A DNA stretch of 64,000 nt from Actinobacteria bacterium 69-20 (GTDB lineage Bacteria > Actinomycetota > Actinomycetes > Mycobacteriales > Nakamurellaceae): assembly GCA_001897425.1 (NCBI GenBank), contig MKSW01000036.1, positions 158,218 through 222,217 of the forward strand, read 5' to 3'. Shown here piece after piece: positions 20,898 to 31,286 of this stretch. The position numbers and the translations under genes are program-made. Position 1 is the stretch's first letter; each line of letters begins with the position of its first letter. Below the pieces are notes generated by a model. It was not told the origin of the DNA, did no database searches, and saw only the letters and a list, made by a program, of their open reading frames with translations.

Positions 20898-22185
20898 ACC
20901 GTCGAGTATGACGCTGTTCGCGGCCGCTGCCGGTTCGTTCCCGCCGCGCATATCGGGCATCGCCCGGCGGGCCCGTGACGACCGCGTCGATGACGCGCGC
21001 CAACTCCGCGAACGTGCTCGCGGGCAGGAAGGCGTCGCAGAACGGCAGTGCCGCAGCCATTGTCGCCACGCGAGGCGCGAACCCCGCTGCTCCCGCACGG
21101 GGGTTCATCCAGATGACGCGGTGCGCCCGCCGAGCCACCCGGCGCATCACCCGGGCCAGCGCCTCGGGCGGATCCGCGTCCCAGCCGTCGGACCCGAGGA
21201 TCACGATGGCGCCGCGCAGCAGTCCGCCGTGCCGGCCGGTGAGCAGCGCGTGCAGGTTGGTCGCGATGCGGGTGCCGCCGAACCGGTCGTCGACGGCGGC
21301 GGTTGCCGCCTCGACGGCCGCCTCGGGGGAGCGGTGGGCCAACGCCGGCGTCAGCCGGGTGAGCCGAGTGGCGAACGCGAACGCCTCCGCGTCCCACCGC
21401 AGCACGAGTGCCCGCATGAGGTGTAGATAGGCGCTCGTCTGTGCCTGCATCGACTGGCTCACGTCGCACACCACGACGATCCGCCGCGGACGCTCCCGCG
21501 GCGCGACCGGCACCAAGCGGATTACCTCGAAGCCCGTCCGGCGCGCGCGAGACAGCGTGGGGCGCAATGCGATTCGGTCTCCGGAGGTGCTGACGGTCAT
21601 GCGTCGCGAGCGGCGGACCGACCGGCGTGCGCCGGCGGCGAGCAGCCAGCCGCCTAACAGGTCCATCTGGCGCTCGCTCAGTTCCTCGAACGGAGTCTCG
21701 GTCGAGCCCGCGACATCGGCCGGCAGCCGCAGCGGCACGGCGGGCGCCTCGGGGGCCGGATCGGCCGGTCCGGTGATCGCAGGCAGCGTGGTCCACGGCA
21801 GCCCGGTGCCCTGCTCGGGATCCGCATCCTCCCGTGGCACGGGGGCGTAGCGGTCCTCCGGCCGACCGGCGGGCAGCGGCCGACGGCGGGCGTGCGGATC
21901 CATGGGCAGCACGGCGTCGGCGAACACGGCCGCGAAGACGGCATCGAAGGCGGGCAGGTCCGCGTGGCGGCGCATCAGGGTGATCCGCGCCGCCCAGTAC
22001 AGTTCATCCCGATCGGCCGGCGTGTGCGCCTGCAGCGTGCCGATGAGGTCGGCGACCGCCGTCAGGTCGACGGCCACCCCGGCCCGCCGCAGCCGATCCG
22101 CGAGCGAAACCGCAAGCGCTGCGCGGTCTACACCGCGTAGCAGGCCGGGACCGGCGAGGTCCGATAACCCTGTCATGGCCGTCAT
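20881..22185 (-). CDS. coxE: vWA-domain CODH maturation protein CoxE
   Basis: MIDAS-like CDVSQSM, AFAFATRLTRLT, GGTRIATNL, SDGWD and WMNPR. Confidence 0.9.
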   Translation of the reverse strand: MTAMTGLSDLAGPGLLRGVDRAALAVSLADRLRRAGVAVDLTAVADLIGTLQAHTPADRDELYWAARITLMRRHADLPAFDAVFAAVFADAVLPMDPHARRRPLPAGRPEDRYAPVPREDADPEQGTGLPWTTLPAITGPADPAPEAPAVPLRLPADVAGSTETPFEELSERQMDLLGGWLLAAGARRSVRRSRRMTVSTSGDRIALRPTLSRARRTGFEVIRLVPVAPRERPRRIVVVCDVSQSMQAQTSAYLHLMRALVLRWDAEAFAFATRLTRLTPALAHRSPEAAVEAATAAVDDRFGGTRIATNLHALLTGRHGGLLRGAIVILGSDGWDADPPEALARVMRRVARRAHRVIWMNPRAGAAGFAPRVATMAAALPFCDAFLPASTFAELARVIDAVVTGPPGDARYARRERTGSGREQRHTRRFSSTA

Positions 22186-22200
22186 GGTGCCGCCATGGCG

Positions 22201-23136
22201 CTACCGCGCGGAAGGGTCGAGATCGTCCAGCGCGGCGACGATCGTGTCGCGATCGTCGGGAGTCTTGGCGATGCTGCCGAGGGACGCCACGATGTCCTCG
22301 CGGACCAGGTCGGTGGCGCCGAGTACGGACAGCGCGGACACCCAGTCGATGGTCTCGGCCAGCCCGGGCGCCTTGTCCAGGTCCAGGGTTCGCGCGCGGC
22401 CGACGAACTCGGTCGTTGAGGCCACCAGTTGCTCCGTGGCTCCCGGAACCCGCCGCCGCACGATGGTCGCCGCCCGCTCCGGCGTCGGATAGTCGATCCA
22501 GTGGTAGAGGCAGCGGCGGCGCAGTGCATCATGCAGATCACGGCTTCGGTTGCTCGTCAGCACCACCAGTGGCGGCCGGTCCGCCGTGAACGTGCCCAGC
22601 TCCGGGACGGTCACCGACCACTCGCCGAGGAACTCCAGTAGCAGTGCCTCGAACTCGTCGTCGGCCCGGTCGATTTCGTCGATCAGCAGCACCGGCGGGA
22701 CCGGCCCGATGTGCCGCACAGCCGCCAGGATCGGCCGCTCCGCGAGGTACTCCTCGGTGAACAGGTCCGCCTGCCGGATCGCCGTGCCCTTCCCTGTGCC
22801 CGCTACCTGTGATTCCGCCTCAGCGAGCCGGATCGCGAGCAGCTGACGTTGATAGTTCCACTCGTACAACGCTTCTGCCGCGGTCAGCCCCTCGTAACAC
22901 TGCAATCGCAGCAGCCGGGCGCCCAGCGCCGCGGCGACCGCCTTCGCGGCCGTCGTCTTGCCCACGCCCGGCTCGCCCTCCAGCAGCAACGGCCGGTGCA
23001 GCGTCGACGCCAGGAGGATCGCCGTGGCCATGCCCCGATCGACCAGGTAGTCCTGCGCGTCGAGCCGAGCGCGCACGTCATCCACGCCCGCGAAGAGCGG
23101 CGCCGCGATCTCCGATTCGGTCACCGTCACGGTCAC
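22201..23136 (-). CDS. coxD: MoxR-type AAA+ ATPase CoxD
   Basis: Walker A LEGEPGVGKT, RLQCYEG, LYEWNYQRQLL, Walker B LLIDEIDRAD and LRRRCLYHWI. The exact GTG start is uncertain. Confidence 0.9.
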   Translation of the reverse strand: MTVTVTESEIAAPLFAGVDDVRARLDAQDYLVDRGMATAILLASTLHRPLLLEGEPGVGKTTAAKAVAAALGARLLRLQCYEGLTAAEALYEWNYQRQLLAIRLAEAESQVAGTGKGTAIRQADLFTEEYLAERPILAAVRHIGPVPPVLLIDEIDRADDEFEALLLEFLGEWSVTVPELGTFTADRPPLVVLTSNRSRDLHDALRRRCLYHWIDYPTPERAATIVRRRVPGATEQLVASTTEFVGRARTLDLDKAPGLAETIDWVSALSVLGATDLVREDIVASLGSIAKTPDDRDTIVAALDDLDPSAR

Positions 23137-23170
23137 TGGGTCACGCACGCTGCGTGGCGCACAACGATTC

Positions 23171-24151
23171 TCACAGCGCAACCGACCGCTCGCGCGCGAA
23201 CCGCTTGCGGCATCCCGGGTTGCAGAAGTAGAAATCTTCCCCGTCGACCGCCAGGTGCGGCGTATCCGGCATCACAGTCACCGTCATCCCGCACACCGGG
23301 TCGACCGCCTGCATCGGAGTGAGTGCCTCCTGCGTCTTCGCCGGCGGCCCTCCCTGCGGTCGCGGATGGCGCATGGCATGCTCCGGAGCGGGCGCAGCAT
23401 CCGACCTCGGTGCGGTGTCGACACCCCGGATCGACGCCACCACCTCGGCCATGATGGACAGCGCGATCTCCGGTGCGGTCCGGGCGCCGATCCATAGTCC
23501 CGCGGGCGAGTGCACTCGCGCGCGCTCCGCCTCATCGAGACCCATCTCGTCGAACAGGCCGGCTACCCGCCGCCGGCTCGCCACGACCGCGATATACGGA
23601 ACCTCGGCGTCCAGCGCCGCGCGCAGCGTCTCCGCTTCGCCGGGACCGTGGCTCGCGAGGATCACCGCGGAGCATCCGGCGAGATCGCCTACGGTTCGGA
23701 CGGTCTCGTTGTCTCCCGCGGGCGGAGCGGCCGCATAGCCCAGGAATGTGACCGCCGCGCGCACCGCCGCGGCAATGGGCGTCGACCCGGTCACCGCGAC
23801 GACCGCGGGCGGGAGCACCGGTTCGAGGAAGATCTCGACGGCGCCGCCGGACAGGCACGGGTTCACGACGACCTGCGCCCCGGGGGTCGACGGGAACTCC
23901 GCCGCCCCGTCCGGCAGGACGCGCAGCAGCGTCGCATTGCCCTCGGCGAGCGCAGCGAGGGCCGCGTTGCGCACCGAATTCTGCGTGCACTGCCCGCCGA
24001 TGAACCCTTCCAGCGTGCCGTCGGCGAGCACGATCGCGTCGTCACCCGGGCGCACCGACGTGGGCGCCTGCGCCCGCACCACCGTCGCCTGCACGAACGG
24101 CGTGCGCGCGAGTCGAAGCTCGCTCACGCGTTCGGCGATCAACTGGCTCAT
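23171..24151 (-). CDS. XdhC/CoxF-family maturation factor with a C-terminal YHS/TRASH domain
   Basis: ATVVRAQAPTS, GFIGGQC, NPCLSGGAVEIFLEP, SPAGLWIGARTAPEIALSI, then DPVCGM...FYFCNPGC. Confidence 0.88.
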   Translation of the reverse strand: MSQLIAERVSELRLARTPFVQATVVRAQAPTSVRPGDDAIVLADGTLEGFIGGQCTQNSVRNAALAALAEGNATLLRVLPDGAAEFPSTPGAQVVVNPCLSGGAVEIFLEPVLPPAVVAVTGSTPIAAAVRAAVTFLGYAAAPPAGDNETVRTVGDLAGCSAVILASHGPGEAETLRAALDAEVPYIAVVASRRRVAGLFDEMGLDEAERARVHSPAGLWIGARTAPEIALSIMAEVVASIRGVDTAPRSDAAPAPEHAMRHPRPQGGPPAKTQEALTPMQAVDPVCGMTVTVMPDTPHLAVDGEDFYFCNPGCRKRFARERSVAL

Positions 24152-24175
24152 CGTCGTCCTCCCATCAGAGCCGTG

Positions 24176-26578
24176 TCAGATCGGTGGCTGCACCGTGCCC
24201 TGCATGGCCTCCCACACCCGCGACGGCGTGAGCGGCATGTCCGCGTGCCGCACTCCGTACGGCCGAAGGGCGTCGATCACCGCGTTCACCACCGCGGGCG
24301 GCGAGCCCACCGTCGCCGACTCGCCCACGCCCTTCGCGCCGATGGGGTGATGCGGCGAAGGAGTCACCGTGAAGCCCGTCTCGAACGCCGGCACCTCCAG
24401 CGCCGTCGGCAGCAGATAGTCCATCAACGAACCGGAGAGGCAGTTGCCGTCCTCGTCGAAGGAGATCATCTCCATCAGCGCCATGCCGATCCCGTCGGCC
24501 AGCCCGCCGTGCACCTGGCCCTCGATGATCATCGGGTTGATGCGGGTGCCGCAGTCGTCGACGGCGATGAAGCGCCGCACCGTCACCTTCCCGGTTCCCG
24601 GATCGACGTCCACCACGCAGATGTACGCGCCGTTGGGATAGGTGAGATTCGAAGGGTTGTAACAGACCTCGGCGTCGAGCCCGCCCTCCAAGCCCTCGGG
24701 CAGATCACCCGCGCCGTGTGCCCGCATGGCGATCTCCTGGATCGTCACCGCCTTGCCCGGATCGCCGGCGACGCGGAAGGAGCCCTTGTCCCATTCCAGG
24801 TCCGCGACGCTTACCTCGAGCATGCCGGAGGCGATGATGCGCGCCTTGTCGCGGATCTTCCGGGCGACCAGCGCCGCCGCCGCGCCGGACACCGGTGTCG
24901 ACCGGCTGCCGTACGTGCCCAGCCCGAACGGGGTCTGGTCCGTGTCGCCGTGCACCACCTCGATGTCCGCCGGTGGGATCCCCAATTCCTCCCCGACGAT
25001 CTGGGCGAACGTCGTCTCGTGGCCCTGGCCCTGGGTCTGCACCGACAGCCGCACGGTCGCTTTGCCGGTGGGATGGATGCGAAGTTCGCAGCCGTCGTTC
25101 ATGCCGAGGCCGAGGATGTCCATGTCCTTGCGCGGCCCCGCGCCGACGGCTTCGGTGAACGTCGAGATCCCGATGCCCATCAGTTCGCCGCGCTCACGCT
25201 TCGCCGCCTGCTCGCGCCGGAGCTCGTCATATCCGGCGATCCGCAGCGCCTCGTCCAGCGTTGCCACGTAATCACCCGAGTCGTAGACCCAGCCGGTCTT
25301 GGTGGTGTACGGGAACTGTTCCGGGCGCAGCAGGTTCTTGCGCCGCAGCTCCACCGGGTCTACGCCCAGTTCGAATGCGAGACAGTCGACCATCCGCTCC
25401 ACCAGGTAGACCGCCTCGGTGATGCGGAACGAGCACGCGTAGGCCACCCCGCCCGGTGCCTTGTTCGTATACACGGCCGTCTGGTGCGCGTACGCAGCCT
25501 CAAGGTCATAGCTGCCGCAGAACACGCCGAAGAACCCGGCCGGGTACTTGACCGGCGCGGCCTGGCCGTTGAACGCGCCGTGATCGGCCAGCACATGGGT
25601 CCGGATCGCGAGGATCTTGCCGTCCTTCGTCGCGGCGATCTCCCCGTGCATGACGTAGTCCCGGGCAAAGCTCGTGCTGGTGAGGTTCTCGGACCGATCT
25701 TCCATCCACTTGACCGGCTTGTCGGTGAGCAGCGACGCGACGATGGCGCACACGTACCCGGGGTAGATCGGCACCTTGTTGCCGAATCCGCCGCCGATGT
25801 CCGGCGAGATCACGCGGATCTTGTGTTCGGGCAGCCCCGCGACGATGGCGTACAGCGTCCGGTGCGCGTGCGGCGCCTGCGTCGTCGAGTACAGCGTCAG
25901 CTTGCCGTTCACGGAGTCGAAATCTGCGACGGCGCCGCAGGTCTCCATCGGCGCCGGGTGCACCCGCGGGTAGGCCATGTCCTGGGTCACGACGACATCC
26001 GCTGCTGCGAAGACCTTTTCGGTCGCGTCTTTGTCGCCGGTCTCCCAGTCGAAGATGTGGTTGTCCTTCTTGTCCTTGAGGTCGTCGCGGATGACGGGGG
26101 CATCGGGGTCGAGCGCATGTCGGGCGTCGATGACGGGACGGAGCTCCTCATACGTCACGTCGATCAGTTCCAGGGCGTCGCGCGCGGCATAGCGATCCTC
26201 GGCGACGACGAACGCGACCTCCTGACCCTGGAACCGAACCTTGTCGGTGGCCAACACCGCCTGCACGTCGTTCGACAGGGTCGGCATCCAGGCGAGGTTC
26301 TTTTCCGCGAGCATCGCCCCGGTGACCACCAGCTTCACCTTCGGATGCGCCTGCGCCGCGGTGATGTCGATCGAAGTGATCCTCGCGTGGGCGAGCGGTG
26401 AGCGCAGGATCGCCAGGTGCAACATGCCCGGCAGTTGGACGTCGTCGAGGTAGTGGCCCCGGCCCCGGACGAACCTTGGGTCCTCCTTGCGCAGCATCCG
26501 CCCGTGTCCGACCGGGTGCAGGTCGTTGTCGACGAATGCGGTCTCGCGCGCGGTCTGCGGCTCCGCCACGGTCGTCAT
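24176..26578 (-). CDS. coxL: Aerobic carbon-monoxide dehydrogenase large subunit, form I
   Basis: Active-site loop VAYACSFR (form I AYxCSFR), plus GGGFGNK, QGQGHET and AKGVGES. 800 aa from ATG 26578. Confidence 0.95.
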   Translation of the reverse strand: MTTVAEPQTARETAFVDNDLHPVGHGRMLRKEDPRFVRGRGHYLDDVQLPGMLHLAILRSPLAHARITSIDITAAQAHPKVKLVVTGAMLAEKNLAWMPTLSNDVQAVLATDKVRFQGQEVAFVVAEDRYAARDALELIDVTYEELRPVIDARHALDPDAPVIRDDLKDKKDNHIFDWETGDKDATEKVFAAADVVVTQDMAYPRVHPAPMETCGAVADFDSVNGKLTLYSTTQAPHAHRTLYAIVAGLPEHKIRVISPDIGGGFGNKVPIYPGYVCAIVASLLTDKPVKWMEDRSENLTSTSFARDYVMHGEIAATKDGKILAIRTHVLADHGAFNGQAAPVKYPAGFFGVFCGSYDLEAAYAHQTAVYTNKAPGGVAYACSFRITEAVYLVERMVDCLAFELGVDPVELRRKNLLRPEQFPYTTKTGWVYDSGDYVATLDEALRIAGYDELRREQAAKRERGELMGIGISTFTEAVGAGPRKDMDILGLGMNDGCELRIHPTGKATVRLSVQTQGQGHETTFAQIVGEELGIPPADIEVVHGDTDQTPFGLGTYGSRSTPVSGAAAALVARKIRDKARIIASGMLEVSVADLEWDKGSFRVAGDPGKAVTIQEIAMRAHGAGDLPEGLEGGLDAEVCYNPSNLTYPNGAYICVVDVDPGTGKVTVRRFIAVDDCGTRINPMIIEGQVHGGLADGIGMALMEMISFDEDGNCLSGSLMDYLLPTALEVPAFETGFTVTPSPHHPIGAKGVGESATVGSPPAVVNAVIDALRPYGVRHADMPLTPSRVWEAMQGTVQPPI

Positions 26579-27081
26579 GATGCGCTCCCCACTGTCATCG
26601 GCTCCAGCGTGGAGCGGACGCCGGCCTGTTCGGCGGCCGCCCAGCGGATTGATTCGACGATGTTCTTGTACCCGGTGCACCGGCAGATCTGGCCCGAGAT
26701 CGCTTCGCGGATCTCGTGTTCCGTCGGATCGGGATTCCGGTCCAGCAGGGCTCGGGCGGTCATCATCATGCCCGGGGTGCAGAACCCGCACTGCAGGCCG
26801 TGACAGTTCATGAAGCCGCGCTGCACCGGGTCGAGTTCGCCGCCGGCGGCCAGACCCTCCACCGTGCGGATCTCGTGCCCACCGGCCATCGCCGCCAGCA
26901 CCGTGCAGGACTTCACGGGTTCGCCGTCCATGAGCACGACGCAGGTGCCGCAGTTGCTGGTGTCGCAACCCCAGTGGGTTCCCGTCAGCCCCAACGTGTC
27001 TCGCAGGAAGTGGACCAGCAGTAGCCGGCCCTCGATCTCCCGGGTAACGGCCTCGCCGTTCACCGTCATCGTCACCTGCAT
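26575..27081 (-). CDS. coxS: CO dehydrogenase small (2Fe-2S) subunit
   Basis: Motifs [20 protein letters not shown] and CRCTGY. Confidence 0.95.
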   Translation of the reverse strand: MQVTMTVNGEAVTREIEGRLLLVHFLRDTLGLTGTHWGCDTSNCGTCVVLMDGEPVKSCTVLAAMAGGHEIRTVEGLAAGGELDPVQRGFMNCHGLQCGFCTPGMMMTARALLDRNPDPTEHEIREAISGQICRCTGYKNIVESIRWAAAEQAGVRSTLEPMTVGSAS

Positions 27082-27087
27082 CGCGGA

Positions 27088-28020
27088 TCAGCTCCTTACC
27101 TGGTCGGTCGCGCGCTGCACCGCACGGCGCAGCGCGCGGCGGGTGAGCTCGTCGGCGAGATGCCGCTTGTAGTCGGCGCTTCCGCGCGGGTCCGTCACCG
27201 GATGGCAGTTCTGCGCGGCCAGTTCGCCGGCCCGCGCGTAGAGCTCTTCGGACGGGGTCTGGCCGCGCAACGCGGCCGAGATACTCGGGATCTCCACGGT
27301 GTTCGGACCGACCGCGGCCAGGCCGACGCGGGCATCGGCGAGAACCACGTCATGCCCGTCATTCTCGCTGTCGGTACGGCCGCGTGAGCCGCGAGGTTCA
27401 CTGGACAGCCATACCGCCGCGCCGGCCGCCGCGACCGCCCAGTCGCCGGCGCGGCGCTCGACCTTCTCGTAGGCGCTGCCGGCGTATGGGCGGATGGGGA
27501 AGCGCACTTCGGTGAGCATTTCCGTGGTGCCGACGGCGGTTTCGTACGGTCCGCGGTGGAATTCGGCCATCGGCACCACCCGCTCGCCGCCGGATCCGCG
27601 GATGACGCAACTCGCGCCGAGCGTGGTGCACACGGCGGAGAGGTCTTCCGCCGGATCGGCCTGGCACAGCGACCCGCCGATGGTGCCGCGGTTGCGGACC
27701 ACCGGGTCGGCGATCACCTGCTCGGCATCCGCGAAGATCGGGAAAACCGCCAGCAGCTCGGCGGATTCGGCGATCTCGCGATGTCGCGTCATCGCACCGA
27801 TCCGCACCTCCTCGGCGGTGAACGTGATGTAGCCGAGGTCGCCGTGCAGGTCGTTGATATCGATGAGGTATTCGAAGTTCGCGAGCCGCAGCTTCATCAT
27901 CGGCAGCAGGCTGTGCCCGCCCGCGACGAGCTTCGCGGTGTCACCCAGACGTTCCAGCAGACCGATCGCCCCGTCGACGCTGGTCGCTCTCTCGTATTCG
28001 AACGGTGCAGGCACTTGCAT
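27088..28020 (-). CDS. coxM: CO dehydrogenase medium (FAD) subunit
   Basis: MQVPAPFEY, AGGHSLLPMMKLR, IADPVVRNRGTIGGS and DPRGSADYKRHL. Confidence 0.95.
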   Translation of the reverse strand: MQVPAPFEYERATSVDGAIGLLERLGDTAKLVAGGHSLLPMMKLRLANFEYLIDINDLHGDLGYITFTAEEVRIGAMTRHREIAESAELLAVFPIFADAEQVIADPVVRNRGTIGGSLCQADPAEDLSAVCTTLGASCVIRGSGGERVVPMAEFHRGPYETAVGTTEMLTEVRFPIRPYAGSAYEKVERRAGDWAVAAAGAAVWLSSEPRGSRGRTDSENDGHDVVLADARVGLAAVGPNTVEIPSISAALRGQTPSEELYARAGELAAQNCHPVTDPRGSADYKRHLADELTRRALRRAVQRATDQVRS

Positions 28021-28139
28021 GGCGCGCTCCTCTCGCTGCGCCGGCCGCGGCACCGTATCGAGGTCAGCTCCTGCGTGGTGTCGCTGCGGCTCGCCGTGTG
28101 TCCATTGCGCGCGTTTGCTGACGGGAAGTCAACCGCGAC

Positions 28140-28155
28140 CTAAGTGGTCCCTTAA
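28140..28155. promoter_or_regulatory. Palindromic operator upstream of coxM (candidate CutR/LysR site)
   Basis: CTAAG-TGGTCC-CTTAA. The core TAA-N8-TTA fits the CbbR-type TNA-N7/8-TNA pattern and stands out as AT-rich. Confidence 0.55.
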
Positions 28156-28317
28156 CTCGCCGGTTCGGGACGTGCGAAATGAAATCGCAATGTAGGGGAG
28201 CCGACACGTTGTCGAAAAACGTCACATGATGGAGACAGTCACGCGACATGGGGAATGAATCCCGTCTGCAGGGCACCGGGTGCCCGTGCCGCCCACAACC
28301 ATGTGGGGTGAACCACC

Positions 28318-30252
28318 ATGCGTAGTACCACCTACCACACTCGCTGGATGGTCGCCGTCCTGGCTATCGCCGGAATGACGCTCGCAGCATGCAGCAGCAA
28401 TCCTGCTGCCACTACCAGTTCCTCGTCCTCGAGTTCGCCGTCGGCGCCGTCGAGCAGCGGGTCCACCGCGCCGAGTAGCGGCTCGTCGACGCCCAGCTCT
28501 TCGACTTCCGCTCCGCCCGGGGTACCGACCGGCGGCACACCGATCCAGGGCGGGACGGCGGTGTTCGCGGAGCCACCGCAGACCGTGCCGAACTGGATCT
28601 TCCCGTTCATGAGCTTGGCGAACTTCTCCGTCATCAACATGTCCGACTTCCAGTACCTGATGTACCGGCCGCTCTACTACTTCGGTGTGGGCGAGAACCC
28701 GGTGCTGAACACGACGAAAAGCCTTGCGGAGCAGCCGGTCTTCTCCGACGGCGGCAAGACCGTGACGATCACTCTCAAGCCGTACAAGTGGTCTGACGGA
28801 ACGGCCGTCACGTCGACGGACGTCATGTTCTGGCTGAACATGATGAAGGCCGAGAAGGCGAACTGGGCGGCGTACGTTCCCGGTGCGATCCCGGACAACA
28901 TCACCGCGATGAAGATCGTGAACGCCTCGACCATCCAGCTGACGCTGGGTGCGGCCTACTCGCAGCAGTGGTACACGTTCAACGAACTGAGCCAGGTCAC
29001 GCCGATGCCCCCCGCGTGGGACAAGACGGCGAGCGGGCCGAGCAGTTGCGCCACCACCGAGTCGGATTGCGACGCCGTCTACAAGTACCTGACCGCGCAG
29101 TCGAAGGAACTCACCAGCTACGCGACGAGCCCGCTCTGGTCCGTGGTCGACGGGCCGTGGAAGCTGTCGGAGTTCAACTCGGACGGGCACGTCACCTTCG
29201 TCCCGAACACCGCATACTCCGGCCCGGACAAGCCGAAGCTGGACAAGTTCAAGGAGGTTCCGTTCACCACGGATACCGCCGAGTACAACGTGATCCGCTC
29301 CGGAAGCCAGACGGTGCAGGTCGGCTTCATCCCGCAACAGGACATCGTCGCGCCGACCACCGATCCGACGGTCGCCGGCCCGAACCCGCTGTCCGCCAAC
29401 TTCTACATGGCTCCGTGGATCGGCTTCTCCATCAACTACTTCCCGATGAACTTCACCAACCCGACCACCGGCCCGATCTTCAAGCAGCTCTACTTCCGGC
29501 AGGCGTTCCAGCACCTGATCGACCAGAAGGACGTCATCCAGAGCGCCATGAAGGGCTACGGCTACCTGACCACCGGGCCGATCCCGCTGCTGCCGAAGAG
29601 CAACCTGGTCCCGGCGGACCTGCAGCAGGATCCGTTCCCGCTGGACATCAACGCGGCGAAGCAACTGCTCACCAGCCACGGTTGGACGATCCCGTCCAGC
29701 GGCGCGGCGACCTGCACCAAGCCCGGTACTGGTGCCGGCGACTGCGGCGCTGGCATCAAGGCCGGCCAGAAGCTTGAGTTCAACCTGCAATATGCGAGCG
29801 GCACCGGATGGATCACCACCCTGATGGAGTCGCTGAAGTCCAACGCCTCGCAGGCCGGCATCGTGGTCAACCTGTCGACCGGCACGTTCAACACGGTGGT
29901 CGCCAAAGCGGTGCCGACGGATCACACGTGGGACATGCAGAACTGGGGTGGCGGCTGGGTCTTCGCGCCGGACTACTACCCGACCGGCGGTGAGATCTTC
30001 GCGACCGGCGCAGGATCGAACTCCGGCGCCTACACCGATGCCACCAACGACGCCAACATCAAGGCGACACATACCACCAGCGGTGTCGGCGTGCTGCACA
30101 CCTACGCCGACTACCTCGCGAAGCAACTGCCCGTGTTCTGGACCCCGAACGCGGACTACGAGCTCACCGAGGTCGCCAATAACCTGCGCGGTGTGGTGCC
30201 GCAGAACGTGTACCTGAACATCTCCCCGGAGGACTGGTACTACGTGAAGTAA
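28318..30252 (+). CDS. Peptide/nickel-type ABC transporter substrate-binding lipoprotein (family 5)
   Basis: Lipobox TLAAC, Ser-rich linker, WSDGTAVTSTDV, VVDGPWKL and YLAKQLPVFW. Confidence 0.92.
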   Translation: MRSTTYHTRWMVAVLAIAGMTLAACSSNPAATTSSSSSSSPSAPSSSGSTAPSSGSSTPSSSTSAPPGVPTGGTPIQGGTAVFAEPPQTVPNWIFPFMSLANFSVINMSDFQYLMYRPLYYFGVGENPVLNTTKSLAEQPVFSDGGKTVTITLKPYKWSDGTAVTSTDVMFWLNMMKAEKANWAAYVPGAIPDNITAMKIVNASTIQLTLGAAYSQQWYTFNELSQVTPMPPAWDKTASGPSSCATTESDCDAVYKYLTAQSKELTSYATSPLWSVVDGPWKLSEFNSDGHVTFVPNTAYSGPDKPKLDKFKEVPFTTDTAEYNVIRSGSQTVQVGFIPQQDIVAPTTDPTVAGPNPLSANFYMAPWIGFSINYFPMNFTNPTTGPIFKQLYFRQAFQHLIDQKDVIQSAMKGYGYLTTGPIPLLPKSNLVPADLQQDPFPLDINAAKQLLTSHGWTIPSSGAATCTKPGTGAGDCGAGIKAGQKLEFNLQYASGTGWITTLMESLKSNASQAGIVVNLSTGTFNTVVAKAVPTDHTWDMQNWGGGWVFAPDYYPTGGEIFATGAGSNSGAYTDATNDANIKATHTTSGVGVLHTYADYLAKQLPVFWTPNADYELTEVANNLRGVVPQNVYLNISPEDWYYVK

Positions 30253-30332
30253 CGGCACGGTAGGTAGCGCACGGAGCGCGCGATCATGTCCGGATCGCCG
30301 ACGGTCATCGCGGATCTCGCAGGAGGTCCGCG

Positions 30333-31286
30333 ATGACCGGCTACCTCATCCGCCGCATCCTGCAGTCGATCGTCGTACTGTTCCTGGTCACGGTGATTGT
30401 CTTCGTCCTCCTGCACCTGCTGCCCGGCGGACCCGCCCGGGCCATCCTGGGGACGCGCGCCACACCCGCGCAGATCGCGCTGTTCAACAAGCAGAACGGA
30501 TACGACCTGCCGTGGCCCGCGCAGTACGGCGTGTGGATCAACCAGCTGATCCACGGGAACTTCGGCTTCTCCATCAAGCTGAATCAGTCCGTGGCGTCGT
30601 TGATCGCCAACAGGCTGCCGAAGACGCTGGTGCTCACGGTGCTGTCGACCGTGATTGCGGTGGTGGTGGCCGTACCGCTCGGCGTGCTGCAGGCGGCCCG
30701 GCGCAACAAGCCGTCGGATTATGTGCTGACGGGCGCGTCGTTCATCTTCTACTCGACACCGACGTTCTTCCTCGGGCTGCTGCTCATCATCGGGTTCGCC
30801 ATCGGGCTGGGATGGTTCCCGCCCGAGGCGCCGCAGGGGTCCACATTCCTGCAGATACTCGAGGATCCGAAGGGCCTCGTGCTGCCCGTCGCGACGCTGA
30901 CGTTGGTGACGATCGCCCTCTTCAGCCGTTACGCGCGCTCCTCGATCATGGACAACCTCGTGGAGGACTATGTCCGCACCGCCCGGGCTAAGGGCGCCGG
31001 CGAGGGGCGGGTGATGTTCAAGCACGTGCTGCGCAATGCATTGATACCGATCGCCACCCTGCTGGGGCTGAGCCTGCCGGGCATCTTCTCCGGAACGCTC
31101 ATCACCGAGTCCGTCTTCAACTACCCCGGCATGGGGCTGCTCTTCTGGAACTCGACCCAGGATCAGGACTATCCGGTGCTGCTCGGCTTCACTCTGATCG
31201 TCGGCATCGCCACCGTCGTCGGATCGCTGCTGGCCGACATCGCTTATGCCGTCCTCGATCCGAGAGTGAGGTACGTGCGGACATGA
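30333..31286 (+). CDS. Peptide ABC transporter permease (OppB/DppB-like)
   Basis: YLIRRILQS, LPGGPA, EDYVRTARAKG and ESVFNYPGMG. Confidence 0.93.
   Translation: MTGYLIRRILQSIVVLFLVTVIVFVLLHLLPGGPARAILGTRATPAQIALFNKQNGYDLPWPAQYGVWINQLIHGNFGFSIKLNQSVASLIANRLPKTLVLTVLSTVIAVVVAVPLGVLQAARRNKPSDYVLTGASFIFYSTPTFFLGLLLIIGFAIGLGWFPPEAPQGSTFLQILEDPKGLVLPVATLTLVTIALFSRYARSSIMDNLVEDYVRTARAKGAGEGRVMFKHVLRNALIPIATLLGLSLPGIFSGTLITESVFNYPGMGLLFWNSTQDQDYPVLLGFTLIVGIATVVGSLLADIAYAVLDPRVRYVRT

Noticed and set aside
23510-26401. 963-aa + strand ORF
   Set aside because: Antisense shadow of coxL/xdhC with no recognisable motifs. Long stop-free shadows are expected at this GC content.
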